A stretch of 64,000 nt of DNA from Stegostoma tigrinum (Eukaryota), in assembly GCF_030684315.1 (NCBI RefSeq), contig NC_081374.1:17719265-17783264 (forward strand), given 5' to 3'. The position numbers and the translations under genes are program-made. The notes beneath the pieces were generated by a model that saw only the letters and a program-made list of their open reading frames with translations, had not been told where the DNA came from and did no database searches. Of the stretch, positions 9,753 to 24,069 are shown one piece after another. Numbering within the stretch: the first letter of the stretch is position 1; each line of letters begins with the position of its first letter.

Positions 9753-11789
9753 GATAAAGTCTACACCAAGTACTGATATATGGAAGTAGGGTGGAAGTAA
9801 TTTCACTTTTGGTCTCCCCCTTTCATGGCAGTCGTGGTCCTCTCCATCAGTTAGAGAAACAGAGGCACTTGGAGTTCCCAGGTCTTTTGGCTGGTATTTA
9901 TTGACAATTGGAGGCCTCTGAGGACCATATCTGATGCCATAGGCTTCTTTGGCATAGTGGTAATGCCTCGCTCTCAATTAGCATTGGTTTCATAACTACC
10001 CCAGACACCTAAGCACATGTTCTAGGCTGCAAATGCTGCACAGTCAGATGCCACATTTCAACTACAATACTAAAATGCAACCCCATTTGCCCTTTTCAGT
10101 TTGACATAAGAGAACAAATAATACTGTTTTGAAGAAGGGCACGGGGATCCTCCTTACTGTCACTACATTGATATTGCAATAAGAGATCATTGCTGGGACC
10201 TTGCTGTGTGCAAATGGGTTGTCAGTTTTTTTTCCTCACTATAGCAATGACTACACTTAAAAAGAAATTTAAATTGGGTGTAGGGTGCCTACGGACTCCT
10301 TTTAAAAGTTACTTATTAAATCAGGTATTTCTATTGCCTTGTTAATGGTGGTTGGCTGCTGCTCCTTGCCCCCACCCCTCCTCCCTCAGTGTGGACTTTG
10401 TAGTAGAAGATCCTCAGGCCTAGGGTCACTGAAGCCCAAAAGAGGTGGAACTGACTTCTAAGTCCGTTTTTTTGAAATGGGGGCAGGCAGGGAGTTTAAG
10501 AATACCAGCCATGAGACCAGCACTGCCTCTGGGATAACTAAACCCAGTTTTATTTGTAAAAGTGTGACTGGAAGTAAGAGAACTGTGTTGCGCTAGGTAA
10601 CAATTCCTTTATACGTGACAAGTAAAGACAGTAGTTCTTCACATATGGTGATTACATCCTTGGAGTCACTGTCTATTCACTTTGTCTTGAGGTTCCTGTA
10701 GAGAGCAATATGGATTTTGACAGCAAAGAGGTTTTCGCCATTATTCACCTGTGCTTTAGATCAGATTGATTTGAGTCAGCTTATTGCTTCCCTTTCCCGT
10801 GCACTCAGATGTAGCAGTTGGAATGCAAAATAATTTTCTGCGGGGCTGTTGTTAAAGGAGCACGTTGTGGATTTATTCTGGGACTGATTGGATATTTTCA
10901 GGGATCAAGACAGTGCTGCATTACCATGCAGTCTTCCAGGAACTGGCTGCCTCCATAAAGACCCTAGCTGGGTTTCCGATGGTCCATAGCCTTGGCCAGC
11001 AGCCCCACTGGCAGGGGCAGCTCCTGATTAATCAGAACTTGAGGCTACCTCAGAATGGTGATGCCTTCGAGCAATCCTTTTTATAACTTTTGATGTTAGA
11101 GGCCAAAAGCTGGCCAAGCCATCAGATTGGAGGGGAAACCCACTTGGAGGAGCTGTTTTAGGCAGAGCCTTCCATACTTGTGCTTTTCCTTTGGGCTTGG
11201 ACACTTCTCATGGGTACTCTGGATCTGTCATACAGACCCCTTGATGGAATTGGTGGGTGCCACACTCCATCTGGAGATCACTCCTATGCCAGGAGGAGCT
11301 TTCTGGGTTTTCCTTGTCTGCCTGACTTGACATGATCTGCTACTTGCTGTTGCTGGCCAAGAGGCCACTGTCGATGCTCACCTTCCTCTGCAAGGTTGCT
11401 GGCAAGTGGCAGCACCTTTTTGTGGTATTGTACCGATCTTTTTTTTATTTTCCTGACCTCGCTCCCACTTCTGCTCGCAAACTCCCCACTGTGGGATGCT
11501 GAAGATGCCCCTCTGTGAGCTTTATTTGAAGGAGGAATAATCCTGAATTATTTTTAAAATTTTCGTTTTGAATATGGTTGTAAATATGAAATGACCCAGG
11601 CCATTAGAGCTCAAGTGTAACAAGAGGCTTTTTACTGTGCTGTTTATTCTGCTAATTGAAAGTATTATTTCTTCCCCATTCAACATCTCTCACTGCTTTC
11701 AATATATTTACTTCACAGAATGAATGTTGCAAAACAAATGCATTTATCTTTGCTGAGCTCCGTCCCTACCACTCCAATGCCTAGGGTCA

Positions 11790-12565
11790 CCTATCTTCAG
11801 ATTTTCATTGATGACCTTCCCTCCTCCGTAACATTAGAACTGGGGATGTTCAGTACTGTTGGTGACTCTTCACCTACTGAATTAGTTTGTGCCAATAAGC
11901 AACATATTGGATCTGGGTAACATTCAGACCTTGGCTGATAAGTGGCAAGCATTAGTCATGCCACAAGTGCTAGGCAATGACCACTTCGAGCAAGAATCTA
12001 ACAATTTCCCACGTCATTCAATGGTAGTTTCATTGAATGTTCTGGAGATGACTAATGATCAGAAACTGAACTGGACCAGCCATCTAAAAGTAGTACATAC
12101 GAGGTCAGGCCTGAGGCTAGGAATTCCGCAGTATGTAAGTCCTTCTCCTAATCACTAACGGCACACCCCCCCCCCCCCCCCCCCCCCCCCAACCCACAAA
12201 GAAAAGTCAGCCATGTGTTGGAATACTCCACTTGTCTGGATGAGTGTGGTTCCAACAGCACGCGAGAAGCTTGACATCGGCCAAGAGAAAATCAGCTGTT
12301 TGACTTGCCTCCCTTAAACACACACGCTCCCTCCTCCTCCTCCACCTCTGCTTCCAAAGCCCACATCACCCTGATTTGAAACTGTATACTGTTCCTTAAT
12401 CCTCACAGGGTGAACAATTTGGAACTCCCTTTCTAACAGCGTTGTGACGGTGCCTACAGCAGATTGGCCACACCAATTCAAGACATTGATTCACCACCAT
12501 CTTCTGCAGTGCAACAGATGTTTGTCCAGTTAGTGACACCCGTGTTCACAAGAAAGAATGTTTTC
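11790..12565 (+). mobile_element. Degenerate LINE RT/3' fragment (same family as 33330-34055) with an internal poly-C tract at ~12166-12190
   Basis: IFIDDLPSSVTLELGMF and LGNIQTLADKWQ in ORFs 11720 and 11889 are RT C-terminal remnants; DQKLNWTSH motif. Confidence 0.6.
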
Positions 12566-14759
12566 TTTTTAAAAAAAGGGGGATTTGACTAAGTAGATTA
12601 TGAAGTCCATGATGGGCCAAATGGCTCCCTTTCTGTGTTGTTTGTATCTTTCATATTTACTGGAGGAGCTTTGCTACTGTTTAACAATCACTTTGAAACT
12701 TTGTAGGTGGTTTTGGTCATTTAGCTGAGAGATAGGGTATGGGGTACTGTCTGCATTAAGGCAGTCTGTTTACATTGGTGTAGTGACATCCATGATGGAA
12801 ACACTTACAACAGGGTGTTAATCATGTGTGCCAATTATTTGGCATTGGATTTCATGATTTTGTTGTCAGCTATACGTGAGCGTGTGAGTGAGCCTGTGTG
12901 TGGATTATTAACCTACTTCAGAGCACTGAAGGCAACCAACTAAAGTGCAAAATCTAACCTTCAGTAGTAGGAAGGTCAGAACCTCCTTGTGTGTTTAACC
13001 CTTAGTGGTTGTGTTTAAATGGAAATTGAATAATTAGTTGGAGAGAAAATGGCAGGGAAAAGAGGAGGTCATGAGCTGGTTGACTCTTCAAAGGAGCTGC
13101 ATGACCTCCTTTTCAGGTTGCTATTCTGGAATTCAGTTCTTAAGATTTGTCTTCTGTGTGTAGACTTGCGTTCAAGTTCCATCCCATCGTTAGTGTTTTT
13201 GGTCCTGGTTTAATTGTTCATTCAAGTGAAATTCTTTTGAGAGTCTAGATGTTCATTTGGTTCCTTTATAATGCGAATTACGGATGTTGCAGCCCGCTGG
13301 ACACTTCATGATTTCAGGGATCATTCTTCTGAGAGAAAAACGAGCAAATCAGTGTTTATAGATTAAAATGGAATTTAATTATTTCCATGACTTTTTTCGT
13401 ATCGATCTCATTATTTCCTGTCTTTTACAAAGAACAATTGGTAACAAATATAAAAGGCAGAGGTGTTGTAACATATTTACATTACTTACAGGCGATAAGG
13501 TTCATTTGAACAGAGATTGTATATTTGATTGCATTACAGGATGTTTGTTCTTTTAACGTGGGTGAGTTGCTTAGCACAACACACGCTCCTGCACTGATGC
13601 TCGTAATAGGACAAGTAGGATTGTACCTTTCTCCAACCTACCTAAGAGATCTGGTTAAAGCAGAGATTAAGTGTGCAGTCACCCGCATTCTGCAGTAATT
13701 ATAACTCCTTTTTGCTTTACTGTTACAAGTTGCACCATCCGGTTGAGGCATGTTAATTGAACATCCAGAAACCAAAGTGGAAAGTTTCTATTGTGGTAAT
13801 TTTTGTGGGTTTACTCAAACATTTACACTTTTTTTGATTTGCTTTTAGCTTTGAGAAACTAAAATGGAGTAAAAATTGGATGAAACCCAATTTCTATGGA
13901 AGGACCTTGCCACTTTAAACAGATGGAAAGCCCCAACTTAAAACAGCTGCAGCTCTAACTGTACAGCATATAAACATTTTTGTCTGTACAATTTATTTCT
14001 ACATACAGTCCTTTGGAAAATGTGTAGGGCAACATTTTTCTTAAAAACCAATTTTATGTTTATAACCCTTGTTTCTAGAGCAAACTCATTTAATATCTCA
14101 CTGGGAAAGTGAAGGCACGCGATGCCAGATATTCATCTTTTTAAAAAGTGGACGATAGCAGGAAATTTATTAACTTCTGGATCTAAGTGTCCCTAGCCAT
14201 GCCCTACAACCCTTCGTAAATTTGATCAAATGTTTTACTTGTAGCTTACCTTTACATGAAGCTGAGCTCTAATCAGAAGTGTTTCTAAAAATGAGTGCAC
14301 CACATGTATTCTATCACTCTGATAGGATGGTACCCTGTTTTCTGTTCTGATTAATCTGAGAACTTGGCATTCCTCCACTTCTCGCCTGTCTAGGTCTCTG
14401 ACATCCTTTTGATGTGTGTTTGTATAAATGCTGTGCAGCTCTGTCAACCACCTAAAAGGTTTTGGCCACCTCCTGATGTCTGCTTTGATTCAAAATGCTT
14501 TCACCTCAGGCCTGTATGCAGCACCTAGTGTCACTCTCTTGAATGTTAAAGACACTATATGCCATGATTTCTTCTGTTCAGCAAATTAGGTTGAAATTAG
14601 AACAGATGGCACTACCTGATATGCACTTATCTGAAACGTTGTGTGAGCAACGATGGGTGGGGAAAAGGCCAGTTGATCAGATAAGTCGTCCACACTGTCT
14701 GAATGACTGGAGAGACTATGCACTTCCTCTACCCTCCTTCCACCCCAACTGGCGGTTGT

Positions 14760-14945
14760 TGTTTTCTTTTCATTTTATTCACAGGATGTGGGTATTGTTT
14801 GCTAGGCCAGCATTTATTGGCTATCCTTGGTTGTCCAGAGGATAGTTATGAGTCACCAACACTGCTGTGTATCTGGAGTCACACATGGGCCAGGCCAGGT
14901 AAAGACAGTAGTTTTCCTTCTCTCTACGGCATTAGCTAACTAGAT
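14760..14945 (-). mobile_element. 3' half of a tRNA-SINE (41662 family)
   Basis: ttattcacaggatgtgggt...gctaggccagcatttattg...tctggagtcacacatgggccaggccaggtaaag is the reverse complement of 41870-42005. Confidence 0.6.
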
Positions 14946-15127
14946 TCTCAAGAGAGATGAAATATTGTCCATGAACACAGGATGTCTTCACCTAAAGTTG
15001 GCATAGTATTCCTGAAAATTGTGACTTTCTCACACTATTGTTGGTGAGGGCTTGCTGTGTGAAAACAGAGCTTTTTTGTTATAATTGTCACTGCACGACT
15101 TGAAAAAACTGGTTTAAATATGACCAT

Positions 15128-15251
15128 TTCTGAAGAAGGGTCCCAACCCGAAACGTTAACTTTCCTGCTCCTCTGATGCTGCCCGACCTGCTGTGCTCCT
15201 CCAGCTCCACGCTGTTATCTCTGACTCTGGCATCAGCAGCTCTAACTATCT
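15128..15251 (+). mobile_element. Solo PLE pLTR end with an intact hammerhead core at 15130-15157
   Basis: CTGAAGA-a-GGGT(ccca)ACCC-GAAA-CGTT, followed by pLTR sequence and tail (ctctgactctggcatcagcagctctaactatct). Confidence 0.75.
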
Positions 15252-15794
15252 TTAAATACAGTGCATTGTGTATGCAGCATTGTGTATTATTGACAGAAAT
15301 AACTTGCAAAATAAAAGGCTAACTTCAGTGAAGAAAACAGGCTTCTTGCTTACAAAGAGGTATTTTCAAAAAACATGATAGTACATTACAGGTACAGTGT
15401 AAGCTCTTCAACTACTGTACCTGTGCAGGTGACGTACTGTCGTGTGCAGTGCAGCAGAAAGTTTTTAATTATGCTCACAAACATTCCTCTATTTTTAGTA
15501 TATGTACAAACAGCAGAGCATTTCTTTTAAATTTAAGACCAGATATACTTGAGTGCTTCACCAAAAAGCTGTTTAGAGAAAAAAAAACAATGATCTTTGC
15601 TGGCAGGACACAGATGCAGTGGCACCAACACTGTCAGCACATTTAGGGGCCTTGCTAATGATGCATCTCAAAGGTCCAAGTGGCTTAAAGGTGTGAAATG
15701 CAAAAGGACATTAAAATTGGGAATGGGAGGAGGTGACATAAAAAGGCAATATTTTAAAGAGTACAAAGACTTGAAAAAACGAGATGTAAAACTA

Positions 15795-16386
15795 GAGACA
15801 ACACGGTGTGGAGCTGGATGAATAAATAGAGGGAGGAAGGGTGGAGTTGGGGAAAGGTAGGTGGGGTGATGTTAGGTGGATGCAGGCAGGGAGTGGTGGG
15901 GATTAGTCAGTGGGTGTAGCAGATACTTGAGGAAGAAGATGGACAGGTCGTGTTGATGCAAGGAGTCAGGGATGAGAGGGAGGTTGGATGTGGGATGAGG
16001 CCAGAGTGCGGAGATTTTCACCAGTTTTCCATCTTCTTCCCCACCCGTCCAGCCAACCAATTCCACTACCAACCCCTACCCTTATCCACCTATCACCACC
16101 CCACCTACCTTTCCCCATCCCCACCCATGCTCCCTACTGCCTCCTTGACCCGACACAACCTCCTCGTCTTCTCTCCCACGTATCTGCCCTACCCATCCCA
16201 CTGACTAGTCCCTACCTGCATCTGTCTGCTTTTCCCCAGCCCACCCCTCCTCCCTCTATTTATTTCTGAGCTCTCTTCCCTCTTCCCCCACCGAGGGAAG
16301 AAGGGTCCTGACCTGAAATGTCAACTTTCGTCTTCCTCTGATTCTGCCTGGCCTACCTGCGTTTCTCCAGCTCCTCACTGTGTTGC
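15795..16386. mobile_element. Degenerate fold-back Neptune-type pLTR insertion
   Basis: G-rich left half (aataaatagagggaggaaggg...tgcaggcagggag) mirrors the C-rich right half (ccctacctgcatc...ctcctccctctatttattt); ends caacacggtgtggagctgga / tccagctcctcactgtgttg. Confidence 0.65.
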
Positions 16387-18469
16387 CCGCGTTCTTAATT
16401 AGATGTAAAGCACTTTGGAATGTCCCAGGAAAGTGCCTATTTAAATGCAAATCCTGTTTAATTTGGAGGTTGGTACATTCAACCTCATATCGTACTGAAT
16501 ATGAGAGCTGTTGCAGTATGGGACGAAGCATCTTGTGCCCTGTGTCTAGACTGACCGTCTGAAAGAGCAGCTCAATGAGTGCCACTCCTTGTTTTTTTTC
16601 TGTCAGCCTTCTTTTTACGCTTTTTTAGATAACAACCCAAATTCCCTTTTTAAAGCTACAATGGATCTGGCCTCCTCCACACTTCATCAGGGCAGTTTAT
16701 TTCGGATCTTTAAAGAAAAGTTTATCCTTGTGCCACCATTGTTTATTTTTATTTTAAATTGCCGTTTCCCTTAACTCAACATCCTCTGGTTCATTCTCCT
16801 TCTAACAATGGGATCACTTTATCCCTACCTAATCTGTCCCAACCGTCCATGATTTTCAAATTTTGTCTTACCCTCATTGTAAAGAAATACATATATCAGG
16901 TAGCCCTGGCTGTTCTGATGCCACGGACTTGGCTCCGGCTGCACTCCCCAGAAGATTCATCACTTTGATCAGTATTTGGAACTGAATACTGCCTGGAGAC
17001 TCTCTCTTGTATGACCTGCCTATTTATTTTTTGACTGCGTGGTGGTTACCCACACCTTCTCCCTTTGTGTACTCTTGAACTTTGGAATGACCATCTCAAA
17101 AACCATGCTGACCTTGCACTGCAGTGATCCCAGCTGTTTGCTTGTGGTCTGAAATTTGGAGCTTGAGCAGTAGTAGCTGTTCATATTTCCTGCATGTTCA
17201 TTTAACACAGACGCAGGAAATCTGAGTTCCCACAGGGAACAGGATGTGTCCACCAGGGGCTGGAGCTGCGATGCCATTGCTCTCTGATAGATAACAAAAC
17301 TTACATTTCAAAGCAATATGGAATTTGCTTTTAAATCAAAGGGGCAGCCCTTGCTTTGCAAGAGTTAGTGCCTGTCTATGATGTGTGTGAATGTTGACTG
17401 CATTATTATTGATCTATCTGCAGCCTAAAAGTTAATGTCTATAGAGCCTGTATTTGCAGACCCTGAGAAACCATGACCTAGTGCTATTCACTGATAGTTT
17501 TTGAAAGCAAATGGATTGCTAGACATGCCTTTTCATTGGAATAATTTTCATACATCAAAATCGAACTGTGAAGTTGTACAGCATTTTTAATCAACATTAG
17601 ACCATGCTGCAAAATCAGTACTGAATACTACTGTAAGAGGACATCCGGTCTTGGTTAACAGAAGATTAACAGGCTTTATGAAACATAACTGTGTGAGGAA
17701 TGATGAGAGGGCAGCTTCTTAAACCTTACTGATTTGAGCTCTAGTTCCGTGTGTTCAGGTGTCTCATTAGTACAGCTCCATAAGCAGGTGCCCAGATACT
17801 ATTCCTAGAGAAAAGGTACAGTCAATCCTTTACTCCACTGATACTGATTAACACAAATGTCAATTAAATGGAGTTAGGATATGTTACTTGCACTGCTTAT
17901 ACATCACTTAATTGAATCAAACATTAAGGGTGCTTTTACTTCACTTCTGTTATTAAACAAAATTGAATTTCCTTTCTGTGCTGATTAGACAGTGATATAT
18001 TCAAGGGAGGATGTCGAGTCATCCTAAAAAACAGGTAGAAGTTGCAATTTGGTCACAAAATTCTACTTGCGAATAGGAATTGGTGGTAATGGCAATGGTT
18101 TGATCCGATCAAAGATGAACTCTGTTCTCAAAGATAGGATGGACATTCTAATAGAACTGTGCAGATATTTTAAGATTTAACGAGGTGTCATGCCCTTTTA
18201 TTTCAATCTTACAATGTCCCTGGGCCATTTAAGTCATAACTTTTCAAACTGGAATTTACTGTATTTATTTGTGTATATTAATTTTTTAAAAATGTTCTAA
18301 TCTTCTGTTAGTAACTGACATTTATTTTATAGAAGCTTCCACAACAAAAGTCGGAATAGTTTGAAAATCAGGACCTTTTGGCAATTTGAGGATTTGATCT
18401 TTAGATTCTAGTACTCTTTTTAAAGGCATTAATCATCAGCTTTGTGAATAATAAATAACCATGAGAGAG

Positions 18470-18835
18470 GATTTGACCCAGGCTAGGTTTGTTTTTCTTG
18501 GAAGAGATGTAGCTGAGGGATGATGTAATTGTGTGCACAATCTTGAAGGGCTTAGATAGACGGGAAAGTCCTGTTTTCCCCTGGCAGAGAGGTCCATTTC
18601 CAGGATTGAAGATTTAGTGGATTAGAGTAGAACAGAGAAAATTCATTTTCACCGTAAAGAATGTGGGTGTCTGAAAATAGCTGTCCAATTTGGTGTTTGA
18701 GACAAAAACCCTCAACTCTTTTAAAACCTGGATCTGTAACTGAAGCACATTGTCCAAGAAGGCTACAGACACGGTGCTATAAAGTGGGATTGGAATTGAT
18801 TCAGCCGGTGCAGACTCAATGGACTGAAAGGTCTC
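18470..18835 (+). mobile_element. CR1-like LINE 3' fragment
   Basis: aggctaggtttgtttttcttggaagag..agctgagggatgat... (LGLFSLE.R.LRGD remnant) followed by a 3' UTR. Confidence 0.5.
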
Positions 18836-19747
18836 TGAGTAAATGTCCCGTTCCATGCAATTTTTTAAAATGCCGCTGAATCATTTCAGTTTAAGTAAAC
18901 ATTATTAGAAAAACGTTAGAACCATAGAATGGTTACAGCATGGTAAGACGCCATACAGCACACTGTATCTGCGTTGTGCCTATCCTGATTATTCTGTGCT
19001 TTTCTAAGCAATAATATTCACATCTCTCAATATTGTTTCTTGTAACTTGCCTATCATCGAGGTCATGGCCTATCCTTCGTACTTTTTTGGAGTAATGATA
19101 AATTGCTCATAGACCTCCAATCCCCTGGTACTTTACCTGTATCTAGTGAGGATCAGAAAATGATCCCCCACTATTTCCTTGCTGGCATCCTTCAATGTTT
19201 TAGGATCTAATTCATCCAGTTCTGGTAATTTCTGCAGCTTCAAAGAAGTCAGTTCCTCCAGTGCTTCCCTTCTCTAATTCATATTTTGTCTAATATTTTG
19301 CAACCCTTCTAACCAGATCATCAGCATCATTTGTGAAGGCAGAAATGAAGTACTCGTTAAGTACTTGACCACATCTCCTGCATCTATGCACAAGTTAGCA
19401 TGTGCATCACCACTAAGCTAATACCCTTTGTTTAATAATCCTCTTAATGTATTGATAAAAATATCTTTGACTTTTCCTTGATTTTATCAGGCAATGCCCT
19501 TGCAAATCATCTTTGTTTTCCTAATTTCCTTTTCACTTCCCCCTTGTACTTTGTACAATCCTGTAATCTTCCTAAAGTATTACTTTTCTGAGATGGTCAT
19601 AAGCTTCATTTTTTGTTTGTTTTTTGTTTTGTTTTACCATGTATGCTTCTGGTTAACCAGAGGCCTCACCTTTCTTTTTGGAGATTTGTTTACACAGTAC
19701 AAATAGTGTCACATTTGAACACCTCTCACTGATTTACCACTGACTTT

Positions 19748-20722
19748 TGTTATTAAGTTGTCTAGAACAATCATGAGTTGGAAGACGGGAAACTAAAACC
19801 TGTTTGCTTTTCTGAAAAAAAGGTAAAAGGATGTGTGGTTCCTTTTAAGAGGTAACGTGCATCTCTAAGCTTAGGGACTTGTACCAAGTAAAAAAGAGAT
19901 GTCTGTGTAGGTTAAGATGTAGAGCCAGTTCTGAAATTGAAACCTGGAGCAATGCCAAAGATTTACAAACCTTACACTTTTTTTGATGTTTTGGCAACCA
20001 GCTAAAATCAGCCAATTAATTTAAACCAAGCACTTGGCGATTGAAAGCCAATTGAATTTAAATCTGACGGTTTTGACAACCTCCGATCAATGCTGCTGTA
20101 AGAAATTGATATGTCATCCAAGTTATATAAGGAGAGGATTGTTGAAAATCGGTGTGAGCGTCAGTGATCTGAAAAATAAGCATCTGGCTTTCACAAGAAA
20201 TCACTAAGCTCTCTAAGAAAGCACCATCTATCCATGAAAAATACAGCAGCACTCCTAGCTACGAGTTCTCACAGAAGACTTCACCGAGAAAACGTCCTGG
20301 ATCTGCTGAAGAAAGGCGTTTATAACTTGAACAGCAGAAGAAAGGCGTGTAGACTTTGAAAAACTAAGTTTTAATTTATTTTCTTCTTAGTTGGGATTAT
20401 ATCAATTGGAGCTGTTTATTGGAACAGCATGCCGGTAGAGTTCAGTTCATGAATAATTCGTAGTTAGGGGAGAATTGTTCGGTTTGTCGATACTTCTGTT
20501 AATTTGTTCACTATTAGAGTTAAATAAAGAAATTGTTACTTGTAAAGTGAATATGAGGGATTTTCTTTCATTTTAGTCACTTTTTAAAACAGATTATAAA
20601 GGCAAGGCGAGTCTGTGTTTTGGGTTTAATTATGAGAAGGGAACCTGTACTCCTGCCATAACAGATTGGGGTCTTGTGTTTTGGTTTAATTATCAGAGGG
20701 GTTCAAGCTCCTCTTTGTAACA
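19748..20722 (+). mobile_element. Candidate solo LTR (TG...CA) with a duplicated terminal ~55 bp, inserted in a decayed minus-strand CR1
   Basis: Starts tgttat (19748) and ends ataaca (20658-20663, 6-bp inverted termini). aataaa at ~20523. Second imperfect end copy 20671-20722 ends gtaaca. Flanks cttt/tttt. Confidence 0.45.
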
Positions 20723-21419
20723 TTTTCCATCAGGTAGAGTTATCTATTCCACTTTTGCTAGTTCATCTGTGTTGTAAAGTTTGCCTTCCCCAAACTTAAG
20801 AATTTTTACTCTTATTCTGTCCCTTTTTTGCATAATAATACTTAATCTAACTGTTATGATCGCAGTCTCCAAAATGGTCACCCACTGCTGCTTCATCCAC
20901 CTGTCTGATTTTCCCCCCCCGCCGCCCAGGACTAAATCTTGAATTGCATCTCCTCTTGTTGTGCTTGTTGCAGGCTGGCTGAAAAAAACTCTTTAAATGC
21001 AGTTCCAGAATTTTGAGCCCCATGTACCTTTCACAATGAGGTGATATTTGGTATTTAAAGTCCACAATAATTACCTTGCTGCTAAGAAATTTTGGTAACA
21101 TGTATTTTCTCCTGCATCTTTACCTCTATTTGAGGATTTCTAGTGCATGCCCTTCTGTGTGACTGTTTCTTAGCTCAACATACACGGCCTCACTTGATGT
21201 TTCATTTAATACATCATCCTTCCTTTATAGTTATGATTGATTGCTGTGTTGCCTTTCGGGGACCTTCTCTATCCTTCCTATATCCAGGGACATTGAGTGC
21301 CACCATTGTCACATTTCAACCTAAGTTCCTTTCATAGTAATGGATATGATGCTGATATGTCTGCTCCCTCATTTCATTGGCTTTACCTGCATTTACATGT
21401 TCACTTTTACAACCTGAGA

Positions 21420-22150
21420 AAATCAAAGGAAGAGGCCATGCAGCCCATTGCTTCTGCTCTGGCTGAATAAACTAGCCCTTCCCTCCATCTGATATCCCGT
21501 TCCAATCTTCAGGTGTTGACTCATGTTCGTTCTTGCTCAACCACCAAACCAGGCAGCAAACTCTAGATGACCCACTGTCCTCAGGGTGAAAAATAGTAGG
21601 AACTGCCGATTGCTGGAGTTTGAGATAACCAGATTTAGAGCTTGATGAACACAGCAGGCCAGGTAGCATCGGAGGAGCAGACAGGCTGACGTTTTGGATC
21701 TGGACCCTTCCTCACGGGGAGGAAAAAAATGAAGGGTCCAGACCCAGTACGTCAGCTTTCCTGCTGCTCTGCTGTCTGGCCTGCTATCTTTATCTTCTGT
21801 TCCTTTTCGTCCTTCTACCCTAACTCCGTGACACCTGAAAATTGACTACTTCTTTAGGGGGAACATGGGCAACATAGAATCACATATGTTTTCCCTGTCT
21901 GCTCTACCCAAATCACCAAATATTTTGTACACCTCAATCAAGTCACCACTCCTCCACTGCACCCCCCCCCCCGCCACCCTCCGTCACTTCTGTTCTAAGG
22001 AAAACAGCTCCAATCTGTCCAATCTTTCCTCATAGCTGCAAATTTCTATTCCTGCCAATTTTCTTGTAAATCTCCTTTGTACTGTCTCTAGCGCAATTAC
22101 ACCCTTCCTGGAACGTGGTAACGAGAACTGTTGAAAGGAACTCCAGCTCG
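21420..22150 (-). mobile_element. CR1-like LINE 3' fragment interrupted by a PLE mini-hairpin
   Basis: Minus-strand remnant of the CR1 LEYCVQFWSP..RKD..ALERVQRRFT region at 22030-22150; CR1 3' UTR at 21430. Confidence 0.55.
21592..21795. mobile_element. Mini fold-back PLE pLTR insertion
   Basis: gctgacgttttggatctggacccttc is inverted against gaagggtccagacccagtacgtcagc; left-only tail atagtaggaactgccgattgctggag. Confidence 0.7.
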
Positions 22151-24069
22151 TCCTGTGCAGTGCTTTCTATAGTTCCCGCATTGTATCCCTGCTCAATACT
22201 GCCAAATTCCTGTGCTATACACTTCTTTCCTTTTTTCTTTGTCTTCCACTTGCTAAATTTCTGCATCTTGTCCCCTGCTGTTCTCCCCAGTTCCTGTCAG
22301 TCTAGTTCAAAATCATCCCAGCAGCTCTCACAAGTTTCCCTGCAAGGATACTTATTCTTGCCCTGTTCAAGTGTTGACCTAGGTGTAAGTACAGGTCTCA
22401 TCCACCCCAGAAACTGCCACCCATTCTACACCAACTTTTCAATCACTTGTTCACTTGCTCAATTCTCCCGTTCCATGCGAACTAGACGTGGGATTGGGAT
22501 GGTGTTTAAGGGAAAACCAGGAAAGAAAAGAATAGAAGGTTAAAATGATGGGGTTGGCTGAAGTGGTGTGGATGAAAATTCATGTGGAGCTTTGAAATGC
22601 CAACATTGACGAGCTGGGCTGAATTCCCTGTTTTTATGAATGATTTAATGTGCTTTGAATATCTCTAAAGTGTATGTGACCAATATTATTTCCTTGTTTT
22701 GATTTACTGGATTTGTGATCCACTTCAGTGTATCTTTTTGAGTTTCACGTTTGGGGAAAACACTTGAATTGAATAGGTTTGCTGATGACTTTTACCAGCA
22801 TTTTCTGCAGTATGTGCTCCTGAAAAGATGTCTTGGCAGGTCTTGAACAAATCAATGAGTTTATCACATGGAAAAGTTAACTACTGTTGTTAACAGCAAG
22901 ATTAAAACAATTTAGAAAAAAAAAACAAAACTCCATTCCTAGCATCGTTGAGTCGGAAGTTTAATTTGAAACTGCTAATATTTGTAAGAAAATCTTTTTG
23001 GTGGAGAAGTAAAGTGAGTGGGTGCTGATGTAACGTTTTTGATTTGAAGGGGAGCAGGTGGATCCTTTGTCAAACCGAAGCTGTGCTACTCACCCTGCAT
23101 GCTTTCAGAGAGCAGCTTTTGTTCCTCTTTCTAAAAACTGAACACAAGCACATCTGTTGCGCACAGGACACAGAATATTGAAGATTTATCTAAACAGGAG
23201 GCAGATTCTTTGTTGGCTGAGGCTTAATTGATATTCAAAGCAGTAAAAAATTAAGTTACTTTGCTCCAGTTTTGTCAAAGAAAGCAGCAGGGGAACCCAG
23301 ACTGCAGCTGGCCTACTCCTTCCCACTTTGGAATTGGCCAAAGGAGCATAGGCAGTTTGCTCAGTGCGCTGCTAAAGAATGATACGTTTATGGTTCACAT
23401 TTTTAATTTGAAATCAAGTACAAACATTTCATCCATCATTATAAAGTATTAAGTTGAAAATGATGAGTGCAAATTTCTAATCAATCACATCAACTTTGTT
23501 TTATATCCCTTTTTTTGCCACTTCAAAAGTAGAAACCATAATAACACAGTTTGAGAAATGAATTGTAATTCAGCCCTTCCCGAGTTTCCAGTCTCTTCAC
23601 CATAAGCCGAGACAAGGAAAAGGAAGTATCTGGAAAGGCAGAGTGCAAGTTTTCTCTTGGTTCTGCGTGAGATTAAACATTCCTCAGGACTAAATTGGTG
23701 TTTAGACACAAGTTATTTTATCCTAGATTTGTACTAAAATGCACCTGTTATGTATGCACAAATTCCTGTGCAAACTTTGCATTCATCTGTCCTTACCTCA
23801 AACCTGAAATTTCAAGCTGTTTGATAAATTAAAGCAAAAGTAAGTTGCTTAGCAATTGCCCCATTGCATTTTCTTGACTTCTTTTTAAATTCCAGTCACA
23901 CTCCTCTCCTTTTGTTGTTCTATGCTTACATTTACTTTTTCATCTACCTGCATCATAGTATTTGATGCCTGAAATATGCTGGATACTTTAATTGTGCAAT
24001 TTTGGATCAGAAATTGAAATCCAAACCGTCTTGTCAAGAGAAATCTAAAAGTTCTGTTACCTTATTTGA

